Part shown: positions 52,655 to 64,000 of the stretch, piece by piece | Numbering within the stretch: position 1 is the stretch's first letter | Layout of the letters: every line of letters begins with the position of its first letter | Source of the DNA: Octopus sinensis | Lineage: Eukaryota | Direction of reading: 5' to 3' | Assembly: GCF_006345805.1 (NCBI RefSeq) | Contig: NC_043019.1 | Span: 29,077,360-29,141,359 of the forward strand | Length of the DNA stretch: 64,000 bases | Notes under the pieces: generated by a model | The model's input: the letters and a program-made list of their open reading frames with translations, nothing else | Database searches by the model: none | Told to the model about the DNA's origin: nothing | Translations under genes and position numbers: made by a program

Positions 52655-53414
52655 TATATACGTGTGTGTGTATGTGTGTGTATATATATATATATATTTT
52701 TTTTAATTAAAAAAAAAATTTTTTTTTTTTAAGGCAGGGAGGTTGTTGAAGTTTTGAATTAAACTTATGAAGTACTTTTTTTGTTTCAGTGAGCAAATGC
52801 TTCCACACTATTTTCTAATCACTGGATCCTCAACTCCTACTGCTCTGATAACACAGGCCTGGAATGACAGGTATGTTACACAAGAGTGACATTTATTTGT
52901 AATAAACATTTTTTACTTGCAAAAATACTTCCTTTTTGATCTTCACTCTCTTTACCTCCTAATGAAACCTGGACACAGTTTTTCATTTGACATGCAAGAA
53001 ATAGCAGTCAAATCTTCCTCAGACCATACCTCACCACCTTAAACCTATTAATACCAACCCGTTGGAAACTGCTCTGGTTTTATGATACAAATCTCCAGAT
53101 TTAAAGCTATCTAAATTAAAACATATGAACAACATACTGGTTGATGTAGACCTATCCTTCAAAACAACACAAGGTGGTCACACTTGGAAAATCTTTTGAT
53201 CATAGGTCTGCTCAATCAGGTTTGGCTAGGGCTAAACAATAGCAATAAACACTGGCTTACCTTAAAGAACACACACCTACTTACTCATACACCTCACACG
53301 CCAATGTCTAGGGCCTTTCCACAAAAATATAAAATGTGACAACGTGCAGGACCTGCAAGAAAGAGCAGCTAAATTTCCCACAAATTTCATCATCCTACCA
53401 TAAAGTTTGCAACA

Positions 53415-53765
53415 TAGGCATAGGCATGGCTGTGTGGGTAAGAAGCTTACTTTCCAACCATGTGGTTTTGTGTTCAGTCCCACTGTGCAGCACCTTGGGC
53501 AAGTGTCTTCTACTATAACCTGGGCTAACCAAAGCCTTGTGAGTGGATTTGGTAGACAGAAACTGAAGGAAGCCTATTGCGTGTGTGTGTGTGTGTGTGT
53601 GTGTATGACAACCATCCCTGTGACTTAGCAGCTTGGCAAAAAGAAACTGATAGAATAAGTACCAGGCTTTAAAAAAGAAACTGAGATCAATCTGTGCAAC
53701 TAAACCCTTCCTGACAGTGCTCCAACATAGCTGCAGTCCAATAAACGAAACAAGTAAAAGATGAA
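53415..53765 (+). mobile_element. Family A SINE
   Basis: Head, core and tail motifs present. Confidence 0.8.
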
Positions 53766-54109
53766 AAATAAACAGAGGGTGTAGTCTTAGAAACTTTATA
53801 AAAGACAGAAAAGTCCCAGACAGGAATGCATTTTCATCATCGATCTATCTTGATCAGAGTTAATCTAGGCTACATAACAACAGTGTCTCACACTAATTTT
53901 TAGAGGTGGAGGAGGGAAAGGACCCAGTGATCCTGTAGCCCCCTCCTCACAATACTTGGCTGGTACCTACTTATTTTATCAAAATTTCTGGCAGGATCAA
54001 TGAGGAAGCTGGCCTCAGTAGGGTTTAAATAATAATTGTTGCTCACAAAAACACAGTCACAAATTTGGGAGCAAGAAGTTATTCAATCATATTGACCACG
54101 GCATTTGAT

Positions 54110-54325
54110 GGGGAAGTGCATGGCTTAGCGGTTGAGGTGTTGGACTCATGATCATAAGATTGTGATTTCAATTCCTGCATCAGGTAATGTATTGTGTTCT
54201 TGAGCAAGACACTTCATTTCACATTGTTCCAGTCCACTCATCTGGTAAAAAAATGAGCAATCCTGTAATAGACTGGTGTCCTGTCCAGGGAGGAACATAT
54301 ACACCAGAGAAACCAGTAAACTGGA
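54110..54325 (+). mobile_element. Family C SINE, diverged
   Basis: TGGCTTAGCGGTTGAGG...GTGTTCTTGAGCAAGACACTTCATTTCAC. Confidence 0.75.
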
Positions 54326-55013
54326 GTAATGTGGACTAACCACAGTATTTCAGCAACCCAGGAGGATGAAAAAAGCAGAGTCATCATTGATAGGAATTGA
54401 ACTCACAATGTACAGAGCTGGAGTAAATATCATAAAGCACTTAAACCAAGGTTTTTACCAATCCACTGTAGTAGTAGTAATAGTAGTTTGTGATTCAGGT
54501 AGAAGCCAAGAATTTTGAGGGGTGTGAGGAAGATAATATCATTGACCCTAGTATTTGACTGGTATACTTTATTTTATCAACCACAGTGGGATGAAAGGGG
54601 AAATTGATCCAGGCAGGATTTGAACTCACAATGTAAAGAGCCAAATCATACTGTCATAACTAAAGCTCCCGGGGATTACAAATACACAGAAAAATAAATG
54701 AATAATGAATAACACCACCAGGCATTGCACACATTATTGAGGATTACGCTCGATGCAATACAAAACCAAAACAAAACACTGCACATTGCCAATGCACAAG
54801 AGCTGCATGCGCTATGATGTGCAATGAAAGCATGCAATAAAAATCCAGCTTCTGAAACAACAACAAGAACAACATAGGTACAAGGCCATCCATCTTTGCG
54901 CGGGTATAGGGGATGCAGTAATTTAAATCAACTAATGTTTATTTTATTGAATCCCCACCATTCTGATCACCCGCCCACCAAGCGATGGGTAAAAAGTAAT
55001 GATGATCATCTCA

Positions 55014-55048
<35 letters not shown>

Positions 55049-55151
55049 GTAGTAGTAGTAGTAGTAGTAGTTATAATAATAATAATAATGATAATAATAA
55101 TAGTTTCATAAATAAATAAAAAGAAAATAAAAAGAAAAACAAAAGACATAC

Positions 55152-55244
55152 CTCCGAATCAATAAAATCATTCCATAGGTTAGTGTTTTTTGCCTGCAAA
55201 TCATTGAGGCTACGTGACCAAGAGTGCTCGTTTATATTCCACAT
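55152..55244 (-). CDS. Candidate first coding exon of an unidentified gene: MWNINEHSWSRSLNDLQAKNTNLWNDFIDSE, phase-0 donor
   Basis: ATG at 55244, 31 open codons, strong donor GAG/GTATGT; unique sequence in a SINE-free island; weak start context; an alternative frame (MICRQKTL...) is also open. Confidence 0.42.
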
Positions 55245-56225
55245 AAGGGATAATGATAATAGAGGAAGAGGGAAATAATGTAGGGAGAACGAAAAAAATA
55301 TATATATGTATATGTGTGTGTATATATATGTGTATATATGTAAAATGACAGTGGGCCAAGAAAGACAGCGAAAAAAAAAGAAAAAACTAAATGAAGTTGT
55401 TGTAGTTGTGAAGGAACACTTCTACATGGTCCATGGTCACTGGGCCTGCTTATAATTGATATCCAGCTTTCACTTCAAAATAGTTTATGTATGCTGTTGT
55501 TTTTCGAAAAACAACATTGGATGAGGAGAATGGGAATGTACAGGACAAAGTTAAGGGTAAAGTAGGGAGAATAATAATTACAAAAAAAAAAAAAAAATTT
55601 GAAAGACAGAATTGTTACAGTTTGAATGATGTTAGCAGTGGGAGGGCCTTGTTGGAAATATATAAGTTTGGCTCAGTGGTGGTTGAAGTGTCGGTAGCAA
55701 TAGATGGAGATCCCTCTATAACAGTTTCACCACCAACTTCATTTGAAAATTACAAGTTAGTTGTAGTGATAGTAGTAGTAGTAGTAATAGTAGTAGAAGT
55801 ACCACCACCACCACCACCACCAATACTAATACTTCTTAAAAGTAGTAGTAGTAGTAGTAGTAGTAGTACCACAACCAATACTAATACTTCTTAAAAGTAG
55901 TAGAAGCTATACTACTACTACTACTGATAATGATGATGGTAATAAAAGTGATAAAAGTGGCCTCTCTGAAAATCCAGTAATCACTGAAGTTTGCTAGTTT
56001 ACAAACTAGCTGGCAAAGAAAGAGACATCGCTTGTACTTCCTTCCTCCAAGCAAGGTAGGGAAAAAAAAGCAAAGTACACAAACTAAGCAGTTAAATATG
56101 CAATAGAAATTAAATAGTAGGTATAAGGTGAGTGTCTTGTCTGTACAAAAGCTGTCATTCCAAAATTCCTGTCACCTCAATCCTGTCCTCTCACTCTCTC
56201 TCTCTCTCCACCAACACCTTACACA

Positions 56226-56239
56226 TGACCTATAAATAG
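56226..56239. promoter_or_regulatory. MEF2-consensus/TATA-like site CTATAAATAG overlapping a TGACCT half-site
   Basis: Exact CTA(A/T)4TAG match ~1 kb upstream of the candidate exon; motif match only. Confidence 0.25.
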
Positions 56240-56439
56240 ACAACAGTAGGTAGGTCTGCTGTTTGGGTCATATGTATACATATACAAATATACAGTTTCC
56301 CTAGATTCTGTGTTTCTTACACACACATACATACACACACATGTATGCACACACATACACACACACACACTGCCTGAGGTCAATTATACTAATATTAAAT
56401 AAATAAAAACATTTCTCTGATACACACCCACCAACACAT

Positions 56440-56482
<43 letters not shown>

Positions 56483-56608
56483 TGCTGTACACAAACACAC
56501 CTTTTGTTCTGATTCAGGTGAGACTTACAGTCAGAAACTTGGGTCAAAAGAAATCAGTAGTTATTTGAGAAATATTTTACTTATTTATTCATTCATTCAT
56601 TATTATTA

Positions 56609-56662
<54 letters not shown>

Positions 56663-56731
56663 CATTTTCTTTTTTGACATTAGTTGCTACCGCTGCTACT
56701 ACTACTGGTTAATACTTAAACAGGTTGTTGA

Positions 56732-56770
<39 letters not shown>

Positions 56771-57510
56771 GTTAGTGATACAACAATGCACTGTCAAATA
56801 CACATGTATAATAAAAATAATAATAATAATAATAACACAGGTATCCTTTAGTCACAAGGCTGAAGTGTCTGCGAATCATAAATGAAAAAGTATCCACTGC
56901 ATTTAATGGCAGAGTGTAGCCGTATTTATTTTTTTTTTATATATTTCAGTGGTTTACATACAGCTTGGAAATTGTTTCATCTGGAGATCAGTGCAGCTAT
57001 ATCAAGATTCTTTAGAGTATAAAATATTATTTTACTTTTTATTCTCTGAAGCATGTAGATACAGCTGTGCTAATCACCAAATGAAGCAATTTGCAAGTTG
57101 TAGATAACCACTGAAATAATACAGTCTGTCTGCATATATGTAAGCATGTATGCAATATATATCATAGATTTTTTCCTGTTGTAGACAACAGAGGGTTCCA
57201 CAATTTCTTGCTGAACATCCTGTGTGGCTGACTTGTTTATAGCAATGAAATATTTGTGCTGCACAGTAGTGATTTTTACTGCCATCAATTGACAATACCT
57301 GTACAGGTGTATGATGTCCCACACATCAGGTGTTGAAGTGATTGTAGAGCGATGTGCAATGAAATGCTCATGAACACAACGCATCACTTGGTCCAGAACT
57401 GGAAACCATGATCTTGTGAACTGGGAGTGTAACACCCAAACTACTAGACCACATGCCTCCCAATATATATGTGTATGTATATATACATGTGTGCGTGTGT
57501 ATGTGAATAT

Positions 57511-57893
57511 GTGTGGTAAATAGCTTGCTTACCAACCACATGGTTCCGGGTTCAGTCCCACTGCGTGGCACCTTGGGCAAGTGTCTTCTACTATAGCCTC
57601 GGGCCAACGAAAGCCTTGTGAGTGGATTTGGTAGACGGAAACTGAAAGAAGCCCGTTGCATATATGTATATATATATATGTATGTATATATGTTTGTGTG
57701 TCTGTGTTTGTCTCCCCAACATCGCTTGACAACTGATGCTGGTGTGTTTATGTCCCCATAACTATGTGGTTCAGCAAAAGAGACCGATAGAATAAGTACT
57801 AGGCTTCCAAAACATAAGTCCTGGGGTCGATTTACTCGACTAAAGGCGGTGCTCCACCATGGCCGCAGTCAACTGACTGAAACAAGTAAAAGA
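57511..57893 (+). mobile_element. Family A SINE, young
   Basis: CpG-retaining, near-consensus copy. Confidence 0.9.
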
Positions 57894-58154
57894 GATATAT
57901 ATATACATACACACACACATATATAAATGAGTAGCAGAAGTACAGATGTTAATCCATTATGGTTGTTTCTAACGACCCCTTTAATTGGTTAATGAAACTG
58001 TTTTCATCAGATGAATTCACGAACTTCAAAATGAAGGACATTCAGAATGATTTAACATAGTTTAAAACCCATGGAGTAAAAGCATTTACAGTGATTCTGC
58101 TATTATTTCAGCTATTATTTCTCTCTCTCTATATATATATATGTATGTATATAC

Positions 58155-58701
58155 ATGAGCAAAAGGAACCCCCCCACCCCCCGACCAATGGATGGTGCTG
58201 AGTTGTCAAACATTTAAACCAAATTTTCTCAAAACAACTTGTCCGACCAACCCATAGGCCTCCCTTTTGAGAAACACCGATTTAACCTAAATTTGAGACC
58301 CCAGCAAAAGAAGAAATAAAGATAGACTTTTTTTCTATTCCAAAGAAAAACGATTTTATTCACACAAATATGCAACCGGAGAGTTTAAAGTACTAGTAAT
58401 GATAAGGCTGTTGACTAGGAGAACACAAACATGGTTTAAACAGTAAGCTTGGCAGGAAAGAAAATGTGCCCTTAAGCAGTACAAAAACATCAAAAAATGA
58501 AACGTGACAGAAGAAAAGCAGGACAAAAATAGCTTTATTGATCGCATTCTCACCTGGAATTGATTTTTGTAATTTTTTCAAGACTTATACATGCCCTGAT
58601 ACCGTCGGTATCTACATATCAAATCTGAGTGCAATTGGATGGAGGATGCCCGAGATCCGAGAAGACACACACACAGACAGACAGAATAGATTTTATATAA
58701 G

Positions 58702-58703
<2 letters not shown>
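58155..58703 (+). mobile_element. Non-autonomous Helitron/Helentron-like element
   Basis: 3' signature ATATCAAATCTGAG..CAATTGG...(CA)n(CAGA)n..TTTTATATAAGAT resembles microsatellite-bearing Helitron-derived repeats. Confidence 0.45.
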
Positions 58704-58736
<33 letters not shown>

Positions 58737-58764
58737 TACTCATACATATACACACATGCATATA

Positions 58765-59215
58765 TGGGTACAGGATGTCACCAATAGTAAACAACATGAA
58801 ATATGAAAACAAATGAGTTCAATATGCAAACAACGAGAGAAACAAATGGAAAACAGGACAAGTAACATAAAGAACAACCTTTCATAAGTTGTCAAATGTC
58901 TATCTACTCCTCATTTCAATCACTGAACAACAATATGAGTCTTCAAAGACAGTTGCACCCATAAGTACCAAAATAAAATTTGGGATTTGTGGAGGGTCAA
59001 AGTTAGGAACGAAAACAGGACATACAAGGAAATCGAACGAAAACAAACATGGAGGATCATTAGACCAGAATGAGGTTAAAATAGCGAATGCTGGAGAAAT
59101 ATTTTCTTTGAGAAGAAAAAAGAAAGAAGAGAGAGATAGGACACGTCCAGTCCTTAGGACAGTCCTGAAAGAAGGGAAAGATGATCACATGAGGAAAAGA
59201 AAGATGGACGATGAT
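58765..59215. repeat. Dispersed repeat fragment between TA/CA tracts (possibly Penelope-like)
   Basis: Complex sequence abruptly bounded by microsatellites; strong purine skew. Confidence 0.35.
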
Positions 59216-59577
59216 ATATATACACACACACACACACACACTAACACACACACGTGTGCGCATATATGTATATTTATGTGTATATAGATATATACACACA
59301 CATATATATACATATATATAAAACATTGTTTTAACATCCACTTTTCTATGACAGCATGGGTTAGATGAACCTTATTGAGTGAGGAGGTTTTCAGGTGCTC
59401 ATTTTGTGACCAACCCTCATGTTTCCTCACATGTACTGTTTTGTATGATTTGGTTAAATTGATAAAAAGAATAAAGTGAATTTGCTGCAGGGAGTGGAAA
59501 ATCCAGAGTTTTGCATAGAGTCCTTCTTCAAGGAAACACTGAAAGGAAAGAAACTAATGAGAATCCTCAGAAATTTA

Positions 59578-59962
59578 CAGGAGTGGCTGTGTGGTAAGTA
59601 GCTTGCTAACCAACCACATGGTTCCGGGTTCAGTCCCACTGCGTGGCATCTTGGGCAAGTGACTTCTGCTATAGCCCTGGGCCGACCAATGCCTTGTGAG
59701 TGGATTTGGTAGACGGAAATTGAAAGAAGCCTGTCGTATATATGTATATATATATATATGTATGTGTGTGTATGTGTTTGTCCCCCTAGCATTGGTTGAC
59801 AACCGATGCTGGTGTGTTTACGTCCCCGTAACTTAGCAGTTCGGCAAAAGCGACCGATAGAATAAGTACTGGGCTTACGAAGAATAAGTCCCGGGGTTGA
59901 TTTGCTCGACTAAAGGCGGTGCTCCAGCATGGCCGCAGTCAAATGACTGAAACAAGTAACAG
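59578..59962 (+). mobile_element. Family A SINE, young
   Basis: Near-consensus copy. Confidence 0.9.
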
Positions 59963-59974
59963 AGAGAAAGAGAG

Positions 59975-60180
59975 ATCCTCTAAGTTAGAAAATCGAATAA
60001 TGCCCATGATCTTCTCTGGCACACCATAGTGTCGTAAAATGTCCCAGATTGTCAGGCTGTTTATACTGTCAAATGCTTTTTCAAAGTCGATGAAGCACAA
60101 ATAGAGTGACGTTTGCCATTCCATTGTCTGCTCCACAATGACTCAGAGCGTCACAGTGTGGTCCGTGCATGATCTCTCAA
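59975..60180 (-). mobile_element. RTE-clade LINE reverse transcriptase fragment, inverted
   Basis: ERSCTDHTVTL*VIVEQTMEWQTSLYLCFIDFEKAFDS...LRHYGVPEKIMGIIR. Confidence 0.9.
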
Positions 60181-60790
60181 GCCAATCACAATCGAGGGGG
60201 CACCTGTGGAGGACGTTAGTGAGTTTGAGTTTGTCTATCTTGGCAGCAAGATCAGCAATTCAGGTGGATCAGACGAAGACATCACAGTAAGAAGCAAGAA
60301 GGCTTGGCAAGCCTTTGTTATTCTTTGGCCAATATGGAAGTCCATTGCCATCTCAAATCGAACTAAACTCCTCTAATTTAGTTCAAATGTAAAATCTGTG
60401 CTTTTGTATGGCGCCGAAACATTGAGAGCCACCTGCAGCAGCTACAAGAAGATCCAGACCTTCATCAACAAATGTCTCCGGCAGATCCTCCATCTGAAGT
60501 GGTTCGACAGAGTGCCTAACACCAACATGTGGGAAAGGGCCAACCAGGAGCCCATATGTGTTCAGATTAGATGAAGGAAATGGAGATGGATGCAGAAAGA
60601 ATCCTCAAATGTTACACGACAAGCACTTGACTGGAACCTGCAAAGGAAAAGGAAGCGAAGACGCCCGAAGCAGATATGGAAGCGGAGCATTTTGGATGAG
60701 CTCAAGACCACCGGCCTGACATGGGAAGCAGCCAAGAAACACGCCAATGACCGCAAAAAGTGGAAAACAAGGTGATGATGATGATGATGA
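60181..60790 (+). mobile_element. RTE-clade LINE 3' end with (GAT)n tail
   Basis: PITIEGAPVEDVSEF..VYLGSKI...KSVLLYGAET...QALDWNLQRKRKRRRPKQIWKR...DRKKW; in-frame stops. Confidence 0.92.
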
Positions 60791-60824
60791 CGTTCATGTA
60801 TACTCCAGTATGGAAGTAACTTCA

Positions 60825-61415
60825 CTGTGTTTGTTCCCCCAACATCGCTCGACAACCGATGCTGGTGTGTTTACGTTCCCGTAGCAGTTTGGCAAAAGAG
60901 ACCGATAGAATAAGTACTAGGCTTACAAAGAATAAATCCTGGGGTCGATTTGCTCGAATAAATGCGGTGCTCCAGAATGACCACAGTCAAATGACTGAAA
61001 CAAGTAAAAGACTAAAGATTGTGTATATAGGCATAGGAGTGGCTGTGTGGTAAGTAGTTTGCTTACCAACCACATGGTCCTGGGTTCAGTCCCACTGCGT
61101 GGCACCTTGGGCAAGTGTCTTCTACTATAGCCTCGGGCCGACCAAAGCCTTGTGAGTGGATTTGGTAGATGGAAACTGAAAGAAGCCCATCGTATATATG
61201 TATATATACATATGTATGTGTTTGTCCTCCCAACATCACTTGACAACCGATGCTGGTGTGTTTACGTCTCTGTAACTTAGCAGTTTGGTAAAAGAGACCG
61301 ATAGAATAAGTACTAGGCTTACAAAGAATAAATCCTAGGGTCAATTTGCTCGACTAAATGCAGTGTTCCAGCATGGCCACAATCAAATGACTGAAACAAG
61401 TAAAAGAGTAAAGAG
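60825..61415 (+). mobile_element. Family A 3' half followed by a full family A SINE
   Basis: Full copy ~61028-61415 flanked by TAAAGATTGT(G/A)TATATA direct repeats. Confidence 0.88.
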
Positions 61416-61799
61416 TAAAGATTGTATATATATATATATATATATGAAATAGTCTTCTGGTACCAAATGTAACTCACAAGACACTGAGTCAATAACCTAA
61501 GGCAATGTTATAAGATAACTTGCTAAATTGCCCAAGGTTTCATATTGCTGGATCACAATCAGATTCACATGGGTTGGTTGTGAAGTGGAACTTCATAACC
61601 ACTCAACCATCCTGCACTCGACAAAGTCAGTGTTAAGGGGCAGCGATGGGTAACTTTGCCTATCAATCACTGAACACAAATCAGGCACAATAACTGAGAT
61701 GGTGATATCAAATAGTAATATCTCCGACAGGTGAAATAGGTGAAGTTTAGCAGGATATCAGAGATATTAATCATTTTGGTTTAGTTTGATGAACCAGAG

Positions 61800-62180
61800 A
61801 GGCGGGGAGAGAGAGAGAGGAAGAAAGAGAGGGGATAGAGGAGAGGTAGAAAGAGCCAGTGTCAAAGAATGAGAGAGAGAGCGAGAAAGAAAGAGAGATT
61901 GTCAAAGAAAAAGAGAGAGGGGAGGAGGAGACACACATTGTAAAAGAAAGAAGAGAGAAGGGGAGACACACACAGAAAGCAAGAGATGAGAGATGGGGAG
62001 ACATACTAAGCAAAACAGAGGAGAGAGAGAGAGAGTGTGTGTGTGTGAAAGAGAGAGAGAGTGTGTGTGAAAGAGAGAGAGTGTGTGTATGTGAAAGAGA
62101 GAGAGAGAGTGTGTGTGTGTGAAAGAGAGAGTGTGTGTGAAAGAGAGAGAGAGAGCAAGACAAAGTGAAGAGAGAGAGAG
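61800..62180 (+). repeat. (GA)n/(GT)n compound purine-rich microsatellite
   Basis: Directly visible. Confidence 0.9.
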
Positions 62181-62403
62181 GTATGAAAATATTATTGTAT
62201 TGAATCCATCTAGTTTCAATATAAAATGGATCTGACATTTGAAACGCATCTGAATAAGCCCAAACATGAAAACTACCATGAAGAAGCCTTTGTGTGGTTA
62301 CATCAGTCGATCTGCTAGAAATAGCAGTTAAATCTCCCACTAAGCATACTGTCTTAAGTAATAACGATACATTAGATTTTAGAGAATAAAAATTCCTCTA
62401 TGC

Positions 62404-62664
62404 CAGTGGTTCTGAACCATTTTTTTTACCTATGGAACCCTTTCATTCCTATTTTACTTGGGTGAACCCTCATAACCGTTCTGTGTTTAAGAAATCCTAT
62501 TATACTTTTATAATTGGATATTATTAGGAATTGTAAAAAAAAAAAAAATTCTTAAAATATTTTGTGTATTGTAGATGTATAACCAATTTATTGAATGTAA
62601 ATTTTAACAACAAAATCTTATGTCAACCCCCAAGAGCTGTATGGAACCTGGTTGAAAAGCACTG
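62404..62664. mobile_element. hAT-superfamily MITE with 8-bp TSD
   Basis: TIRs CAGTGGTTCTGAACC / GGTTGAAAAGCACTG; TSD CTCTATGC at 62396-62403 and 62665-62672. Confidence 0.9.
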
Positions 62665-63562
62665 CTCTATGCAGTCACACCGGCTGCCAGATATAGCAGT
62701 CAGATCACCTTCAAATCATATCCTAACATCTTAACAGTTAAGTTGGATTAATCAGAGTTCTACTGTGTGAGGATCACAGGTACGAGGTGTTCTAAATTGC
62801 AAGACTGTGCACCAGAGAGAACCAAAATGTGAGTGAGTGAGCAGCGTGTATGGATAGATAATGACACATACTTGCACCAATTGATTCTTAAAAGAAAGTG
62901 CGCTATGAAAGGTTATGCTGACACAAGCACTGTAGAGGTTATAAAGTAAATCACGAAATCAAACACCTGAAAAAAATTACACTGAGCGCAAGATTCCTCA
63001 GATTGTGCATTTTACCCAGAATATCGTGAAGTTGTGTAATATACTATCACTGCTTGGTTCAGACGAAAGACAGGAAAGATAAAGGAGATATTATTCAGTG
63101 AATCAGTAATTAAGATGATTTGATCTCATGATACCTTTGTTTGTAGTTAATGATGTGGACAGCAAAATATAATATACCACTAACGAGAGTTAGGCTGGTT
63201 CTATGCAAATCTATGTAAATATTACTATATTGATAATGACAACCAAATTGATTAATCAATCTTTTCCTCTTTCTATCTGTCTCTTTATTTCATATATGTG
63301 TATGTGTGTGTGTGAGTATCTGTGAATACACAATATGTATGTGTATGTATATTACATGGTGTGTGAGCATGTTTATGTGTGTGTGTATGTATGTATATGA
63401 AAGGAAAATAAAAGGCAAAAGAGATGACAAAGGAATAGACAGTGGACTCATAGTCGAGTGCCTGAGTAACAGATTATCGCTTCATTGGAACCTCAAAAAT
63501 GAATTCTACACCAGGTTATTAGTATCACAATGCCTAAGTGAAATATAATATGTGTGTGTGTG

Positions 63563-63825
63563 TGTGGAGATGTGTGGTTTAGTGGTTAGGGTGTCAGTAT
63601 CATGATCGTAAGATTGTAGTTTCGATTCCTGGACCAGGCGACGCGTTGTGTTCTTGAGCAAAACACTTCATTTCACGTTGCTCCAGTCCACTCAGCTGGC
63701 AAAAATGAGTAACGCTGCAATGAACTGGTGTCCCATCCAGCCATCCAGTTGGGGAACACATAAACCATTGAAACCAGGAAACCGGACCCGTGAGCCTGGC
63801 TAGGCTTTAAAAGGGCTCAAAAAAA
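63563..63825 (+). mobile_element. Family C SINE, full length
   Basis: Matches 43965-44222. Confidence 0.9.
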
Positions 63826-63844
63826 AAATTTATATATATATAAA

Positions 63845-64000
63845 GTCAGCAGACTCACAGATCCGTTAGCACTTTGAACAAGTTGCTTAGTGCCATTCCT
63901 TGTGGCTCTTTACATTCTGAGTTCAAATTCTGCCATGGTTGACTTTGTCTATCAACATTTCTGGGTCGATAAAATAAAATACCATTGAAATACTGGGATT
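63845..64000 (+). mobile_element. Family B SINE, diverged, runs off the window
   Basis: TTCTGAGTTCAAATTCTGCC..GGTTGACTTTG...GGGTCGATAAAA. Confidence 0.7.

Noticed and set aside
55487-55894. 135-aa plus-strand ORF
   Set aside because: Largely poly-K/V/P/S from simple repeats; more plausibly UTR/promoter sequence of the minus-strand candidate
57185-57306. Plus-strand acceptor TTTTTCCTGTTGTAG followed by a possible donor
   Set aside because: Stop codons in all three frames and a weak donor
62780-63100. TACGAGGTGT start resembling a mariner TIR
   Set aside because: No matching opposite TIR or transposase remnant recognisable

Overview
AT-rich, microsatellite-dense eukaryotic DNA. The repeat families look like an octopus (coleoid cephalopod) genome; this is inferred from family resemblance, not from a database search. 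The window is essentially non-coding, probably one large intron or intergenic tract. It is dominated by four high-copy SINE-type families (labelled A-D here), an old dispersed repeat (E), TTAA, hAT and TA-flanked MITEs, decayed LINE 3' ends (RTE, CR1, R4-like) and Penelope-like fragments in (TA)n tracts. No listed ORF is a credible intact gene. The only host-gene signal is a candidate 31-codon first exon on the minus strand at 55152-55244, inside a SINE-free island. Most notable: a nearly canonical minus-strand type I hammerhead ribozyme fold at 714-801 with an A15.1:C16.1 mismatch, further hammerhead-like motifs, a 5'-inverted RTE LINE, and several TE-derived hairpins. Coordinates of degenerate repeats are approximate.
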